This document shows, one piece after another, positions 46,534 through 58,434 of a stretch of DNA of 64,000 bases; the stretch's first letter is position 1, and each line of letters begins with the position of its first letter. The translations under genes were made by a program, and so were the position numbers. The stretch covers positions 224,001-288,000 of the forward strand of contig CAWJTV010000028.1 in NCBI GenBank assembly GCA_963845755.1, given 5' to 3'. Below the pieces are notes generated by a model. That model was given only the letters and a program-made list of their open reading frames with translations, was not told the origin of the DNA and did no database searches. The DNA comes from an uncultured Planctomycetota bacterium (GTDB lineage: Bacteria > Planctomycetota > Planctomycetia > Isosphaerales > Isosphaeraceae).

Positions 46534-47184
46534 ATGATAACAGATTCCGCCGAATCTCGAACCAAGGACTTTAGCGACATGGCCGGCGACGATCTCGCTG
46601 GCGATATGCCGGACGATCTGCGCCGCCGAGTCGAGCGCGAGCTCGAGCCGGGCGAACGGTTGCTCTGGGCGGGCGTCTCCTCGCCCCCTTCCGCGTCCAT
46701 CGGGGGCGGATACATCGTGGCAAGTACGGTCGCGTTGACCCTCCTGGTGGGAGGAGCCGTGATGATCGTCGCCGGCACACTAGACACCAGGGTGTATATC
46801 CATCGGGATTCTCCGATCCAGTTCGGGATTCTTCTTTGTATCCTGGCCTTCCTGACCATGATCGGGACGATCGCCGCCTGGTTCGGTGCGCGAGGTGAAC
46901 GGCGCCGGCAATCGACCGTCTCCTACGCCATCACCGATCGGCGCACCATCCACTGGCAGCCGGAACCGAACTCGGATGCCGTCCGCCTTGTGTACCTGCG
47001 ACGTGGCGAAATCCAGCGCGTGGTCCGGATTGAGCGTCCGGACGGTTCTGGCAGCCTCGAGTTCCGGCGGGCGGAGCACATGAACTACTACTCCGGTTCC
47101 AACACATTCAAAGACATACTCGACGTGCGTCGCGTCGAGCAGATCGTCCGGAACAACTTGATGAACGACGAGAAGACCGGCTGA
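46534..47184 (+). CDS. Two-TM protein with PH-like tail, paralog 2
   Basis: ELEPGERLLW, YAITDRR, DGSG, DVRRVE. Confidence 0.78.
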   Translation: MITDSAESRTKDFSDMAGDDLAGDMPDDLRRRVERELEPGERLLWAGVSSPPSASIGGGYIVASTVALTLLVGGAVMIVAGTLDTRVYIHRDSPIQFGILLCILAFLTMIGTIAAWFGARGERRRQSTVSYAITDRRTIHWQPEPNSDAVRLVYLRRGEIQRVVRIERPDGSGSLEFRRAEHMNYYSGSNTFKDILDVRRVEQIVRNNLMNDEKTG

Positions 47185-47223
47185 GTGGAATTCCGACTCG
47201 GCCAGAGCGAATCGAGGTTCGAG

Positions 47224-47902
47224 ATGCCGGCGGATCCTGGAGAGACGATCATCGGCACCCCGTCGGGCACCGGCGGCGAAAGTCAGGTCGGCGACCTGAC
47301 CGACGATCAGCGCCACCGCACTCAAGGCCGAACTCGCACCGGGCGAGCGAATCCTCTGGGTGGAGCGGGCGGGTGCACCGCCGACACCCACGATCGGCGT
47401 GTTTCCGGCCCTCTTCGCGTCGGTCATTTGCGGCTCCAGCGGCTTCGCCTTGATGGTCCTGTTCGGAATCTATGGTGCCCGCAACCGGCATCCGGCCGAG
47501 ACGGTGTTCTTGCTCTGCCTGCCACCGGCCGCGATCGGCGCCGTGACGGCGATCGGACTCATCGGGCGCTGGGCCCACCACGAACGGACGAAATGGCGCC
47601 TCTCGCGGACGTTTTATGCCCTGACCGATCGGCGGGCGATCGTCGGGTCGGATTCGCGGAGTACCGGCGAGGTTGCCATCGGTTTCTTCACCCGCGAGAT
47701 GTTCGATGACACCCGTTGCATCGAATACGGTAACGGCTCGGGAGACGTGTTTTTCGTGAGCCATGATGACGTCGTCTGGCCGGAGTGGGGCTTCCTCGGC
47801 ATCTCCGCCTCGAAGCATGTGGAAACCCTGGTACGGCAGGTTCTGCTCGGCAAAGGCCCGGTCGTCGGGTCCGAAGAATCGGCGGGAATCGACTGTCCGT
47901 GA
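47224..47902 (+). CDS. Two-TM protein with PH-like tail, paralog 3; frame break near 47312
   Basis: ELAPGERILW, YALTDRR, NGSGD. Confidence 0.7.
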
Positions 47903-47962
47903 ACGATCCTCCGGGCGGGCAGAAGCTCGCCGGTTTCTCTCCTCTTTTGACAAGGGCCTTCC

Positions 47963-49012
47963 ATGAGTCGCAATCATCCCCACAAATACCCGAAACTGCA
48001 CAATGCGATGTGGCCCGGACTGGTCGGCAAGGGGAGCCCTGGCGCCGAGCCGACCATCGACCTGGATACCATGCTCAACCTGACCGCCGCGGCGGAAGTC
48101 GATGGGACAAGGTTCGACGGGGTCAACATCTTCCTCTACGATCCCCACATCAACATCGACATCAGCGACGACGACCTCAATGCCGTGGCCGGCAAGGTTG
48201 CGAAGAAGGGATTCGTGGTCGGATCGGTGGTGGCCCCGGTCTGGTTCGACGGCTCGGCAATGGGAGATGACCGCCAGCGGGAGAACTACCTGACCGCGAT
48301 CCGCAAGGCATGCCGGATCGCCCAGAAGCTCCGCGAGCTGGGGGTACGACCCTATGGCATCGTCCGGATCGACTCGGCCTCCTCCCCGGCCGACTGGGCC
48401 AAGGACCCCGAGGCCAACCAGAAACGGATCGCGGACACCTTCAAGCAGGCCGCGACGATCGCCCGGGACCATGGCGAGCGGTTGGCGGCCGAAGGCGAGA
48501 TCTGCTGGGGTGGGATGCACTCCTGGCGCACCATGGTCAACCTGCTGGAACGCGTCGGCGAACCGGAGACCGTCGGCTTCCAGGCCGACATGGCCCACAC
48601 GCTCCTCTACACTCTGGGAGAGAATGCGCCCGAGGATCGCATCCTCCCCGAGGACTATGACTGGCGCGACCATGCGACGCTCGACTCCGCCCTCAAGACG
48701 CTGACCGCCGCGCTTCGGCCCTGGACGATCGATTTCCACGTTGCCCAGAACGATGCCACGGTCTTCGGATCCGGGACCCACGATCATACCGGCCGCCATT
48801 GCCTGGCCAACGATCCCAAGGGTAAGCTCGACATCCCCCACCACGCCCGATTCTGGCTCCGCGACGAGCACGGCCGGCTGACGAAAGCCTGCCGGCACAT
48901 CTGCTGGGACGGCTGCATGTTCCCCAACGCGGTCATGATGCAGCAGCAGACCTGGAACGATATCCTCGGGGTGATGATCCAGGTGCAGGATGCGCACGGT
49001 TGGAGCGAATGA
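47963..49012 (+). CDS. Xylose-isomerase-like TIM barrel sugar isomerase/epimerase
   Basis: [36 protein letters not shown]. Confidence 0.8.
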   Translation: MSRNHPHKYPKLHNAMWPGLVGKGSPGAEPTIDLDTMLNLTAAAEVDGTRFDGVNIFLYDPHINIDISDDDLNAVAGKVAKKGFVVGSVVAPVWFDGSAMGDDRQRENYLTAIRKACRIAQKLRELGVRPYGIVRIDSASSPADWAKDPEANQKRIADTFKQAATIARDHGERLAAEGEICWGGMHSWRTMVNLLERVGEPETVGFQADMAHTLLYTLGENAPEDRILPEDYDWRDHATLDSALKTLTAALRPWTIDFHVAQNDATVFGSGTHDHTGRHCLANDPKGKLDIPHHARFWLRDEHGRLTKACRHICWDGCMFPNAVMMQQQTWNDILGVMIQVQDAHGWSE

Positions 49013-49051
49013 CGGTTCCCCGATCCTCCTCCTTCGAATTCAGGAATACTC

Positions 49052-50199
49052 ATGGCGCAAAGAAAACTCTGAACATCGGCCTCGTCGGCTACGGCTTCAT
49101 GGGTCGGACCCATTCCAACGCCTACAAGCGGGTCAACGACTTCTTCGAGGTCGAGTACCGACCGGTGCTGAAAGCGGTCTGTGGCCGGACGGCCGATGGC
49201 GCGAGGGCCTTCGCCGACAAGTGGGGCTACGAGTCGGTCGAGACCGATTGGAAAAAGCTGGTCGCCCGCAAGGACATCGACGCAATCGACATCTGCACGC
49301 CCAACAATACGCACGCCGAGATCGCGAACGCCGCGGCCGCGGCCGGCAAGATGGTCCTGTGTGAGAAGCCACTCTCGATGAATCTTGTGCAAGGGCAGGG
49401 GATGGTGGATGCCGTCGAGAAGGCCGGCGTGCCCAACACCGTCTGGTACAACTACCGGCGGATTCCGGCCATCACCCTGGCGAAGCAGCTCATCGATGCC
49501 GGCCGGCTCGGCAAGATCTTCCACTACCGGGCCAACTTCCTCCAGGACTGGACGATCTCGGCCGACCTGCCACAGGGCGGTACTGGTCTCTGGCGGCTGG
49601 ACGTCGCGGCGGCTGGCTCGGGCGTCACCGGCGACCTGCTGGCGCACTGCATCGACACCGCGCTCTGGCTCAACGGCTCGATCGGTTCGGTCTGCGCCAT
49701 GACCGAGACGTTCATCAAGGAGCGGAAGCACAACCTCACCGGTAAGGTCGAACCGGTTGGGATCGACGACGCCTGCGCCTTCCTCTGCCGTTTCGACAAC
49801 GGCTCGCTCGGGTTGTTCGAATCGACGCGCTATGCGCACGGCCACAAGGCTCTATACACCTTCGAGGTCAACGGCGAGAAAGCGTCGCTCAAGTGGGACC
49901 TCGAAGACCTGCATCGGCTCGAATACTTCGACCATCGCGACGACTCGATCGTCCGCGGCTGGCGATCGATCCACGTCACCGACGGCGACATGCCCTACAT
50001 GAAGAACTGGTGGGTTCCGGGGCTCCAGATCGGCTACGAGCACACCTTCGTCCATCAGGTGGCGGATTTCCTGGAGAACCTCTCCAAGGGCCAGCCGACG
50101 GCACCGACGTTCCGCGACGCCCTGGCCACACAGGCCGTTTGCGACGCCGTGCTCGACTCGGCCGAGCATAGCAAGTGGGAGACGGTAGTGCCGGTGTGA
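49052..50199 (+). CDS. Gfo/Idh/MocA family oxidoreductase; frame break just after the ATG
   Basis: [34 protein letters not shown] upstream of ATG 49052. Confidence 0.88.
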
Positions 50200-50264
50200 C
50201 CATTTGGATCGATCGCTGCCTCGACAGGGGACCAAGCGATGGCTCTCTGGTGTTCCAGGAAGCT

Positions 50265-50793
50265 ATGAGCCAGAAGTCCGCAGACAATCATCGATTGGAT
50301 AGGCTGAGCATCGGCGTTGTCATGCTGCTGATCGCCGGCGTGGCATTTGGGCTTTGGCTGGTCGTATCGGGGGACGGCCCGGAGGGCGAGAATCGGTGGC
50401 TGGTTGTGCTCGAGTTTGTGCTCGGAGGTCTGTCGCTGGTAGGTCCGCCGCTGCTACTGTGGACCGCGAAACGACGGCCCTGGGGGGCTGGGAGGTTCCT
50501 CTGGTTCGCTCACGGCACGGCGGCCTGGTTGCTCTGGCCCCCCGTGGTTTATATGCGGACTCGCGGCGTGACTGCGAATTCCACCACCGCCGCTTGCTTC
50601 TTCTACGGCACCCCGCTGATGGCCGTTCACGTCACGGTCACGCTTCTGGCCGGTGGCCACTTCAAGGCGCTCGCGCCGGCGGCGAATCCGCCGCTCCTGG
50701 CAGGAAACCTTCGGACTCCTTCTGGGTCTCGTGTGGGCCTGCACGGGGCTTTACTGGATTTCGCGATTCTATCTCGAGGATCTCCAGAAATAA
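50265..50793 (+). CDS. Hypothetical membrane protein; frame break near 50669
   Basis: Four to five TM segments; last helix (SWQETFGLLLGLVWACTGLYW) lies in another frame ending TAA at 50793. Confidence 0.65.
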
Positions 50794-50817
50794 TTCCTCA
50801 ATGAGGGAAGACAGCTC

Positions 50818-51657
50818 ATGAAAACCGGCATGAACTTGCTCCTGTGGACCACCCACGTCACCGAGCAGCACGACGCGACCCTGGATCAGATCAAGTCGCT
50901 GGGCTTCGACGCCGTCGAGGTGCCGATCTTCGACACGGCGGACTTGGCGCCGTTCGAGCGGCTGGGCAAGCGGCTCAAAAGTCTCGGCTTGACCGCGACG
51001 GCCGTCACGGTGATGACCCCGGAAACCAACCCGATTTCTCCCGATGCCAAGATCCGTGATGCCGCCGTCGCCCATCTCGACCGCGTCATGGAATGCGGCC
51101 AGGCATTCGGCTGCGAGATCCTCTGCGGTCCGACCCACTCGGCCATCGGAGTCTTCTCGGGTGAAGGACCGACGGAGGATGAGTTCAAGTACGGTGTCGA
51201 GACGCTCCAGCGCGGCGCCGAGAAGGCCCAGGCGCGGAGCATGCGGATCGCCGTCGAGTATCTGAATCGGTTCGAGATCTACTTCCTCACGACGGCCGCG
51301 CAGACGTCGCGGTTCGTCCGGGCCGTGAACCATCCCCACTGCAAGATGATGTACGACAGCTTCCACGCCCACATCGAGGAGAAGAGCCAGGCGAAGGCGA
51401 TCGCCTCCTGCTCGGCCGAGACGATCCACGTCCACGTCTCGGAGAACGATCGTGGCATCCCCGGCACCGGCCAGGTCGACTGGGACGAATTCTTTGGCGG
51501 ACTGAAGAAGAGCGGCTATGATGGCTACCTGACGATCGAGGCGTTCGGCCGAGCGCTACCGGCCCTGGCCGCCGCAACGAAGGTCTGGCGCGACCTGTTT
51601 CCCGACGCGATGGGCCTGTGCCGTGACGGCCTGGCGTTCGTCAAGTCGCGGCTGTGA
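50818..51657 (+). CDS. D-psicose/D-tagatose 3-epimerase family protein
   Basis: EYLNRFE, DSFH, HVHVSENDRG, IEAF. Confidence 0.88.
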   Translation: MKTGMNLLLWTTHVTEQHDATLDQIKSLGFDAVEVPIFDTADLAPFERLGKRLKSLGLTATAVTVMTPETNPISPDAKIRDAAVAHLDRVMECGQAFGCEILCGPTHSAIGVFSGEGPTEDEFKYGVETLQRGAEKAQARSMRIAVEYLNRFEIYFLTTAAQTSRFVRAVNHPHCKMMYDSFHAHIEEKSQAKAIASCSAETIHVHVSENDRGIPGTGQVDWDEFFGGLKKSGYDGYLTIEAFGRALPALAAATKVWRDLFPDAMGLCRDGLAFVKSRL

Positions 51658-51749
51658 CCGACCCTCGCCGAATCCCTTCGAACCGGCCACCGACGTCCGG
51701 TGTCCGATCCCTCGACCGACAGGGCGTCGGCCTTCGCCTGGAGGATGGT

Positions 51750-52376
51750 ATGCACGATCGAGTTCGCATCTTCGGATTCTCGGTTGCGGGGCTGGTCCTG
51801 GTCCCGTTCGTGATGGGCCAGGCCCCCGCGCCCCAGCCACAAGCAGAACGGCCCGCGGCAAAGGCCCAGCCGCGCCCTCACGGTCAGCGGGTCCGCGTCG
51901 ATCCGACCCTGGTCACGGTGGAGGACGGCGACGGCGTCGTCATCCGCTGGAGCGACAAGGATGCCGAGATCGTCCGCATCCTGGGAATCGACACGCCCGA
52001 GGTCCGCCGCCTGGAGCACAACTTGCCGTATGATCAGCCGTTCGGCCCCGAGGCCAGGGCGTTTGCCCAGGGCGCCTTCGCCGCCGCCACGGAAATCGAG
52101 CTGCTCCGCTCCCCGACTCTCGACCCGTACGACCGGACGCTTGCTTACTTATTCATCAACGGGAAAAACTACTCCGTCCTCGCGATCAGGGCCGGGTACA
52201 CGGGGGAAACGGTCAGTCACTACGGAGATAATGGGCTGCCGCGCGAGTCCGCAGAGGTCCTGGCCGCGGCGAAGCCCGCCGCGCCTCTCCCCTTCGAGCC
52301 GCCTCACCTGTATCGCGCACGGATGCGCACGCTGACGAACTGGCTCAAGGAGAACGGACAATACCCCAAGAACTGA
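51750..52376 (+). CDS. Thermonuclease (SNase-like), secreted
   Basis: Signal peptide, EDGD, RILGIDTPE, DPYDRTLAY. Confidence 0.82.
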   Translation: MHDRVRIFGFSVAGLVLVPFVMGQAPAPQPQAERPAAKAQPRPHGQRVRVDPTLVTVEDGDGVVIRWSDKDAEIVRILGIDTPEVRRLEHNLPYDQPFGPEARAFAQGAFAAATEIELLRSPTLDPYDRTLAYLFINGKNYSVLAIRAGYTGETVSHYGDNGLPRESAEVLAAAKPAAPLPFEPPHLYRARMRTLTNWLKENGQYPKN

Positions 52377-52463
52377 GCGTTCGACGGCCAGCGACCATCC
52401 GCCCGGCTCGGCGTCGGGCAACCGGCATCGCTCCGCGGTCGAACCGGCGCCGAGAGGACGACT

Positions 52464-53012
52464 ATGCCGATCATCGGCTGGAAGGGCAAGCGCACCGTCT
52501 GGTGCCACCGGACCGGGCGCTCCACCTCGAAAACGCGTTGCACTGGTTCAACGACCCAGAGATCACCGCATTGCTCAAACTCAACCTGGGGATCACGCCG
52601 CCGCCAGGAGGAGAGAATCTTCGACCGCATCGAGGAGGGCTCGTCAACCGATTACGTCTGGGCGATCCTTGACGACGCCGAGCAGCACATCGGCTTCATC
52701 GGGCTCCACGAGATCAACTGGAGGCATCGTTGGGCTCTCGGCGGCCTGGTCATCGGCGAGCGGTCGGCCTGGGGCCGCGGTTACGCCTCGGACGCCGTCC
52801 GGATCCGGACGGGGTTTGCCTTCGGCCAGCTCGGTCTGCATCGGATCGAGGGCCACACGATGAACCCGGCGATGAAGCGGGTGTATGAAAAGTGCGGGTA
52901 TCGGCATGAGGGCGTCGCCCGGGGCAAGTTCTGGCGCGACGGCCGATGGGAAGACGCCGACCTGTACGCGATCCTGGACGAGGATTGGTTTGCCGGCCTG
53001 CAGGAGCGGTGA
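52464..53012 (+). CDS. RimJ/RimL-type GNAT acetyltransferase; two compensating frame breaks near 52495 and 52598
   Basis: WFNDPE in the shifted frame, WGRGYASDA, FGQLGLHRI, YEKCGY. Confidence 0.8.
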   Translation: MPIIGWKGKRTVWCHRTGRSTSKTRCTGSTTQRSPHCSNSTWGSRRRQEERIFDRIEEGSSTDYVWAILDDAEQHIGFIGLHEINWRHRWALGGLVIGERSAWGRGYASDAVRIRTGFAFGQLGLHRIEGHTMNPAMKRVYEKCGYRHEGVARGKFWRDGRWEDADLYAILDEDWFAGLQER

Positions 53013-53105
53013 TCCGACTGAGAGGACATCGCTGGACCCGAGAAAGAGGTCGGCCAGACGATTCACCAACTTTGGCGACAGGTTCTGATCGAACAGGAGT
53101 TTCAA
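53013..53105 (-). pseudogene. Truncated DUF5615 PIN-like toxin fragment
   Basis: MKLLFDQNLS start overlapping the DUF433 stop; resemblance ends after about 30 aa at the convergent GNAT stop. Confidence 0.65.
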
Positions 53106-53332
53106 GCCGTTGCCACCAGCATTTGCCGCTCGCGTTCGACCGCGTACGCAAGGCAGGCTTGGATATCGTCGGCCGTGAGGTACGGGAAGTCCTCGAGGAG
53201 CTCCTCAGCCCTCATGCCGGCCGCAAGGTACGAGAGGACGTCGAAGGCGGTGATGCGCATCCCCCGAATGCAGGGCCTCCCGCCTCGTTTTCCCAGCTCG
53301 ATCGTGATCGAAGACCGCCAATGATCGGTCAT
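53102..53332 (-). CDS. DUF433 protein (putative antitoxin)
   Basis: GKRGGRPCIRGMRIT-DVLSYLAAGM, FPYLT-DDIQACL. Confidence 0.88.
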   Translation of the reverse strand: MTDHWRSSITIELGKRGGRPCIRGMRITAFDVLSYLAAGMRAEELLEDFPYLTADDIQACLAYAVERERQMLVATA

Positions 53333-53399
53333 GGATGCTCTCGCTTTCGATAATGAACCAGTCCCGTTCGGCCCGTGATACGGGCTCGGTGCCGCACGC

Positions 53400-53570
53400 C
53401 GACTCCTTGGGAACAAAGCGCCGCGAGGGCAGCGAGACGAGCTTCCGCCCGCTTTTCTTTGCTTGCTCCCTCAAATCACGGCAAATCGCCTGAAGATCGT
53501 AGTCGAATCGCGCGGCATAGGCTTCACGGACCACCCGGACCTCATCAACAAGAGTGTCGTGATCGACCTC
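53400..53570 (-). CDS. Small hypothetical protein (boundaries uncertain)
   Basis: LVDEVRVVREAYAARFDYDLQAICRDL resembles small proteins found near TA loci; no clear start or stop. Confidence 0.4.
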
Positions 53571-53586
53571 TGGGCAGCCCTCTGGT

Positions 53587-55417
<1,831 letters not shown>

Positions 55418-55603
55418 AGGTTCTCGGACGGTCTTGGTTCGGGCAGGCCGGTATGGATCTTCCATCGAGGACGTGCCATAAAGGCGAGCTTCATCGCGGT
55501 TCTTCGAAGTCGGTTAATCATATCCGTCACCCCCCCCATGGACAAGGCCGGTCGACACGGCACCATGCACGATGGCACGCACTCACCCGGACATTCGATG
55601 CAG

Positions 55604-57017
55604 CTACAGGAGTGGGGAGAGGAGCCGCACGACATTCTCGGCGATCTCGCGCGGCCAACCGGATTGCGGCAACTCACGCTGGGAATGGGCCATCAGCCCC
55701 CGCGCCCAGGTTGCGATCTCCTCGACCTGCGATCGCGACCAGACGAAGAGCGCCAACTCGTAGTTGAGGAACAAGCTGCGCATGTCCATGTTGGCCGAGC
55801 CGATGACCGCGAGCTCCTCGTCGAAGATGACGACCTTGGCATGGATCATGACCGGTGAATAGAGCATCACCTTCCCGCCCTCGTTATGCAAATCGCGGAG
55901 ATAGCTGGCACGGGCGAGATCCGCCGAGATATGGTTCGAGCGCGCGGGTACGATCAGCCGGACGTCGACCCCACGACGAGCGGCGAGGTTGAGGGCGCGC
56001 GCGAGCATCTCATCGGGCACGAAGTAGGGAGTAACCACCCAGATCCGCTTGCTGGCCGCGAAGATCAAGGCCAGCAAGGATTCATAGAGGGGATCGCCGG
56101 CAACATCGGGACCACTCGCCACCACCTGGACGGTCGCCGTCGCGCCGGTCGGATCGTCCTGGTTGTCGACGGCGGGCGCCGGTTCCGGCTCCGGCCCCGA
56201 TCCCTTGGCGAACGACCAATCCGAGGTGAACACGGCCTCCAGGTCGGAGACCGCCGGTCCTTCCACCACGGCCGCGATGTCGCGCCAGAGGTCACAGCAT
56301 GCCGGTGGCCCCATGTACGGCCAGGCCAGGTTCATGCCGCCGGTCAGCGCGATCCGGCCGTCCACGACGAGGAGCTTCCGATGGTTCCTCAGATTCGCCC
56401 GCCCCCGGAAGGGAACGTGGAGCACCGGCATGAAGAAGGCCACCTGCGCCGGCCTCGATCAGGGGGGCCAGTACGCGACGGCGGAGACGCCACGATCCGA
56501 GATCGTCGATCAAGAGCCGCACCACGATCCCCTCGGACACCCGCTCGGTCAGTCGTCCCAGGATCGAACGGCTGCCCTCGTCGTTGCCGAGGATGTAGGT
56601 GGTGATGTGGATCGTCGATCGTGCTTCATCGATCAGCCGGATCACGCGCTGATAGGCATCGACCCCGTCCAGCACGACCTCGACGCAATTCCCCGCGCGG
56701 GCCGGCGGTACGCCGTACGACGCCAGCAGGCGCTCGATCCCGTCCTCGCTCGACGGCACTCCCGCCTCGGGCGATGGGCTGTAAATCCGGGCCTTCCTCC
56801 GCGCCATCGGATTCATCTTCCGGCCCCCGAGCATCACATACAGGGGCACCCCGACGTAGGGCAGCAACAAGATGATCAGGAGCCAGGCGATTGTGCTGCT
56901 GGGAGAGCGCTTCTGCCGGAACAGATTCGCCAGGAAGACCAGGGCCAGCAGGAATCCCAGGTGGGTCAAGAGCTCGGAGGAGATCCAGGAGTATCCCGCG
57001 TTGATCCAGCTAGGCAC
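55604..57017 (-). CDS. cls: Cardiolipin synthase (phospholipase D family); frame break near 56447
   Basis: PLDc_N TM segments, RNHRKLLVVDG, TPYFVPD, HAKVVIFD-GSANMD. Confidence 0.88.
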
Positions 57018-57083
57018 CGGCTCATCGTCTCCCTTCCGTCACGCGCGTCCTGGCGCGATCGTGAACGGGATGATCGCGACCGT

Positions 57084-58294
57084 TCACTCCCCGCCGCCGG
57101 GGTGGTTCGACCGCGGAGGGGACAAGACGCATCGGAATCCCACGTGAGATGCCGCACTGTCGGTCGATCCCTTGCCCCGGCGCCGGGGCGGTAGCTTGTG
57201 CAGTATTCGTCGGTGCACAGGAACGAGCCGCCTCGCTGGACTTTCTTGCGAACTCCGGGCTCGTCCGGGTCGTGGCTCGACGGGGGTCCTTGCGGGTTCC
57301 GCGTCTGAGTGATGTCGTATCCCGGGCGGTACCAGTCGGAGCACCATTCCCAGACGTTCCCGGCGACGTCGAAGAGTCCGAATCCGTTGGGCGGGAAGCT
57401 GGCCACCGGGGCCGTCCGGGAATAGCCGTCCTCGGCGGTGTTGCGGGCGGGGAATCGTCCCTGCCAGATGTTGGCGGGCCACTTCTCGCCGGGCTTCAGT
57501 GTATTGCCCCAGACGAACGGAGTCCGCTCCGTCCCGCCCCGCGCGGCGTACTCCCATTCCGCCTCGGTGGGGAGGCGCTTGCCCGCCCAGCGGGCATACG
57601 CCGCCGCATCGTCCCAGCAGACCTGCACGACGGGATAATCGTCCTTCCCCTCGATCGTGGTTTCCGGCCCTTCGGGGTGACGCCAGTTGGCGCCAGGGAC
57701 GTAACGCCACCAGACGAGCGGGTTGTCGAACGAGACCTCGCCGGCGGGCGGCGTGAAGACCAGCGAGCCGGGGACGAGCTTCTCCGGCGGCGCGTCGGGG
57801 AAGTCCTTGGCGTCCGGCTTCCGTTCCGCCACCGTAACGTAACCGGTCGCCTCCACGAACCGGGCGAACCGCCGATTGGTTACCTCGGTCCGATCCATCC
57901 AGAAACCATCCAGGGTCACCTCGTGCACCGGCTTGGCGTCCAGCCTGGAAGCGTCGTCAGCACCCATCCAGAATGTGGCTCCCGAGACCCAGACCATCCC
58001 CGCCGGTGCCGGAGCCTCGGCGTTCGGCGACGCCGGCGGCGCGATCCCGCTCGATGCACCAGGGACCGAGGCGTGTTTCGGCCGCGCCGCGATCGACGTT
58101 GATCTGGCGAGGCCATCAGCATCCGAATCGCGAGAATCGGCCCAGTCTGAGGACTCTTCGACTGGGACGCCACTCGAACGAGACGTCCCGGATGGCTGCC
58201 GGCCGGACTCGCATCCGCCCAGGGCAACGCCCACGATCGCGACGAGGACAATCGCCGGTCGGGCTCCCATGCCTGTGGACACCGGACGATTCAT
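57084..58294 (-). CDS. Formylglycine-generating enzyme family lipoprotein; frame break near 57181
   Basis: RLPTEAEWEYAARG, GNVWEW, RGGSFLC...YC..YR, HVGFRC in the shifted frame. Confidence 0.88.
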
Positions 58295-58434
58295 ACTCGA
58301 TTGCTCGCATACCATTATATTAATCATAAACCTGGAGGCGGTTCTGCCGCTGGCTTCGGGCTCGTTCGAACGGTCCACCCCTACCGTTGCGACCGCTGCC
58401 AGTATCGGAGGTGGAGCCTCGATTTGCAACATGG

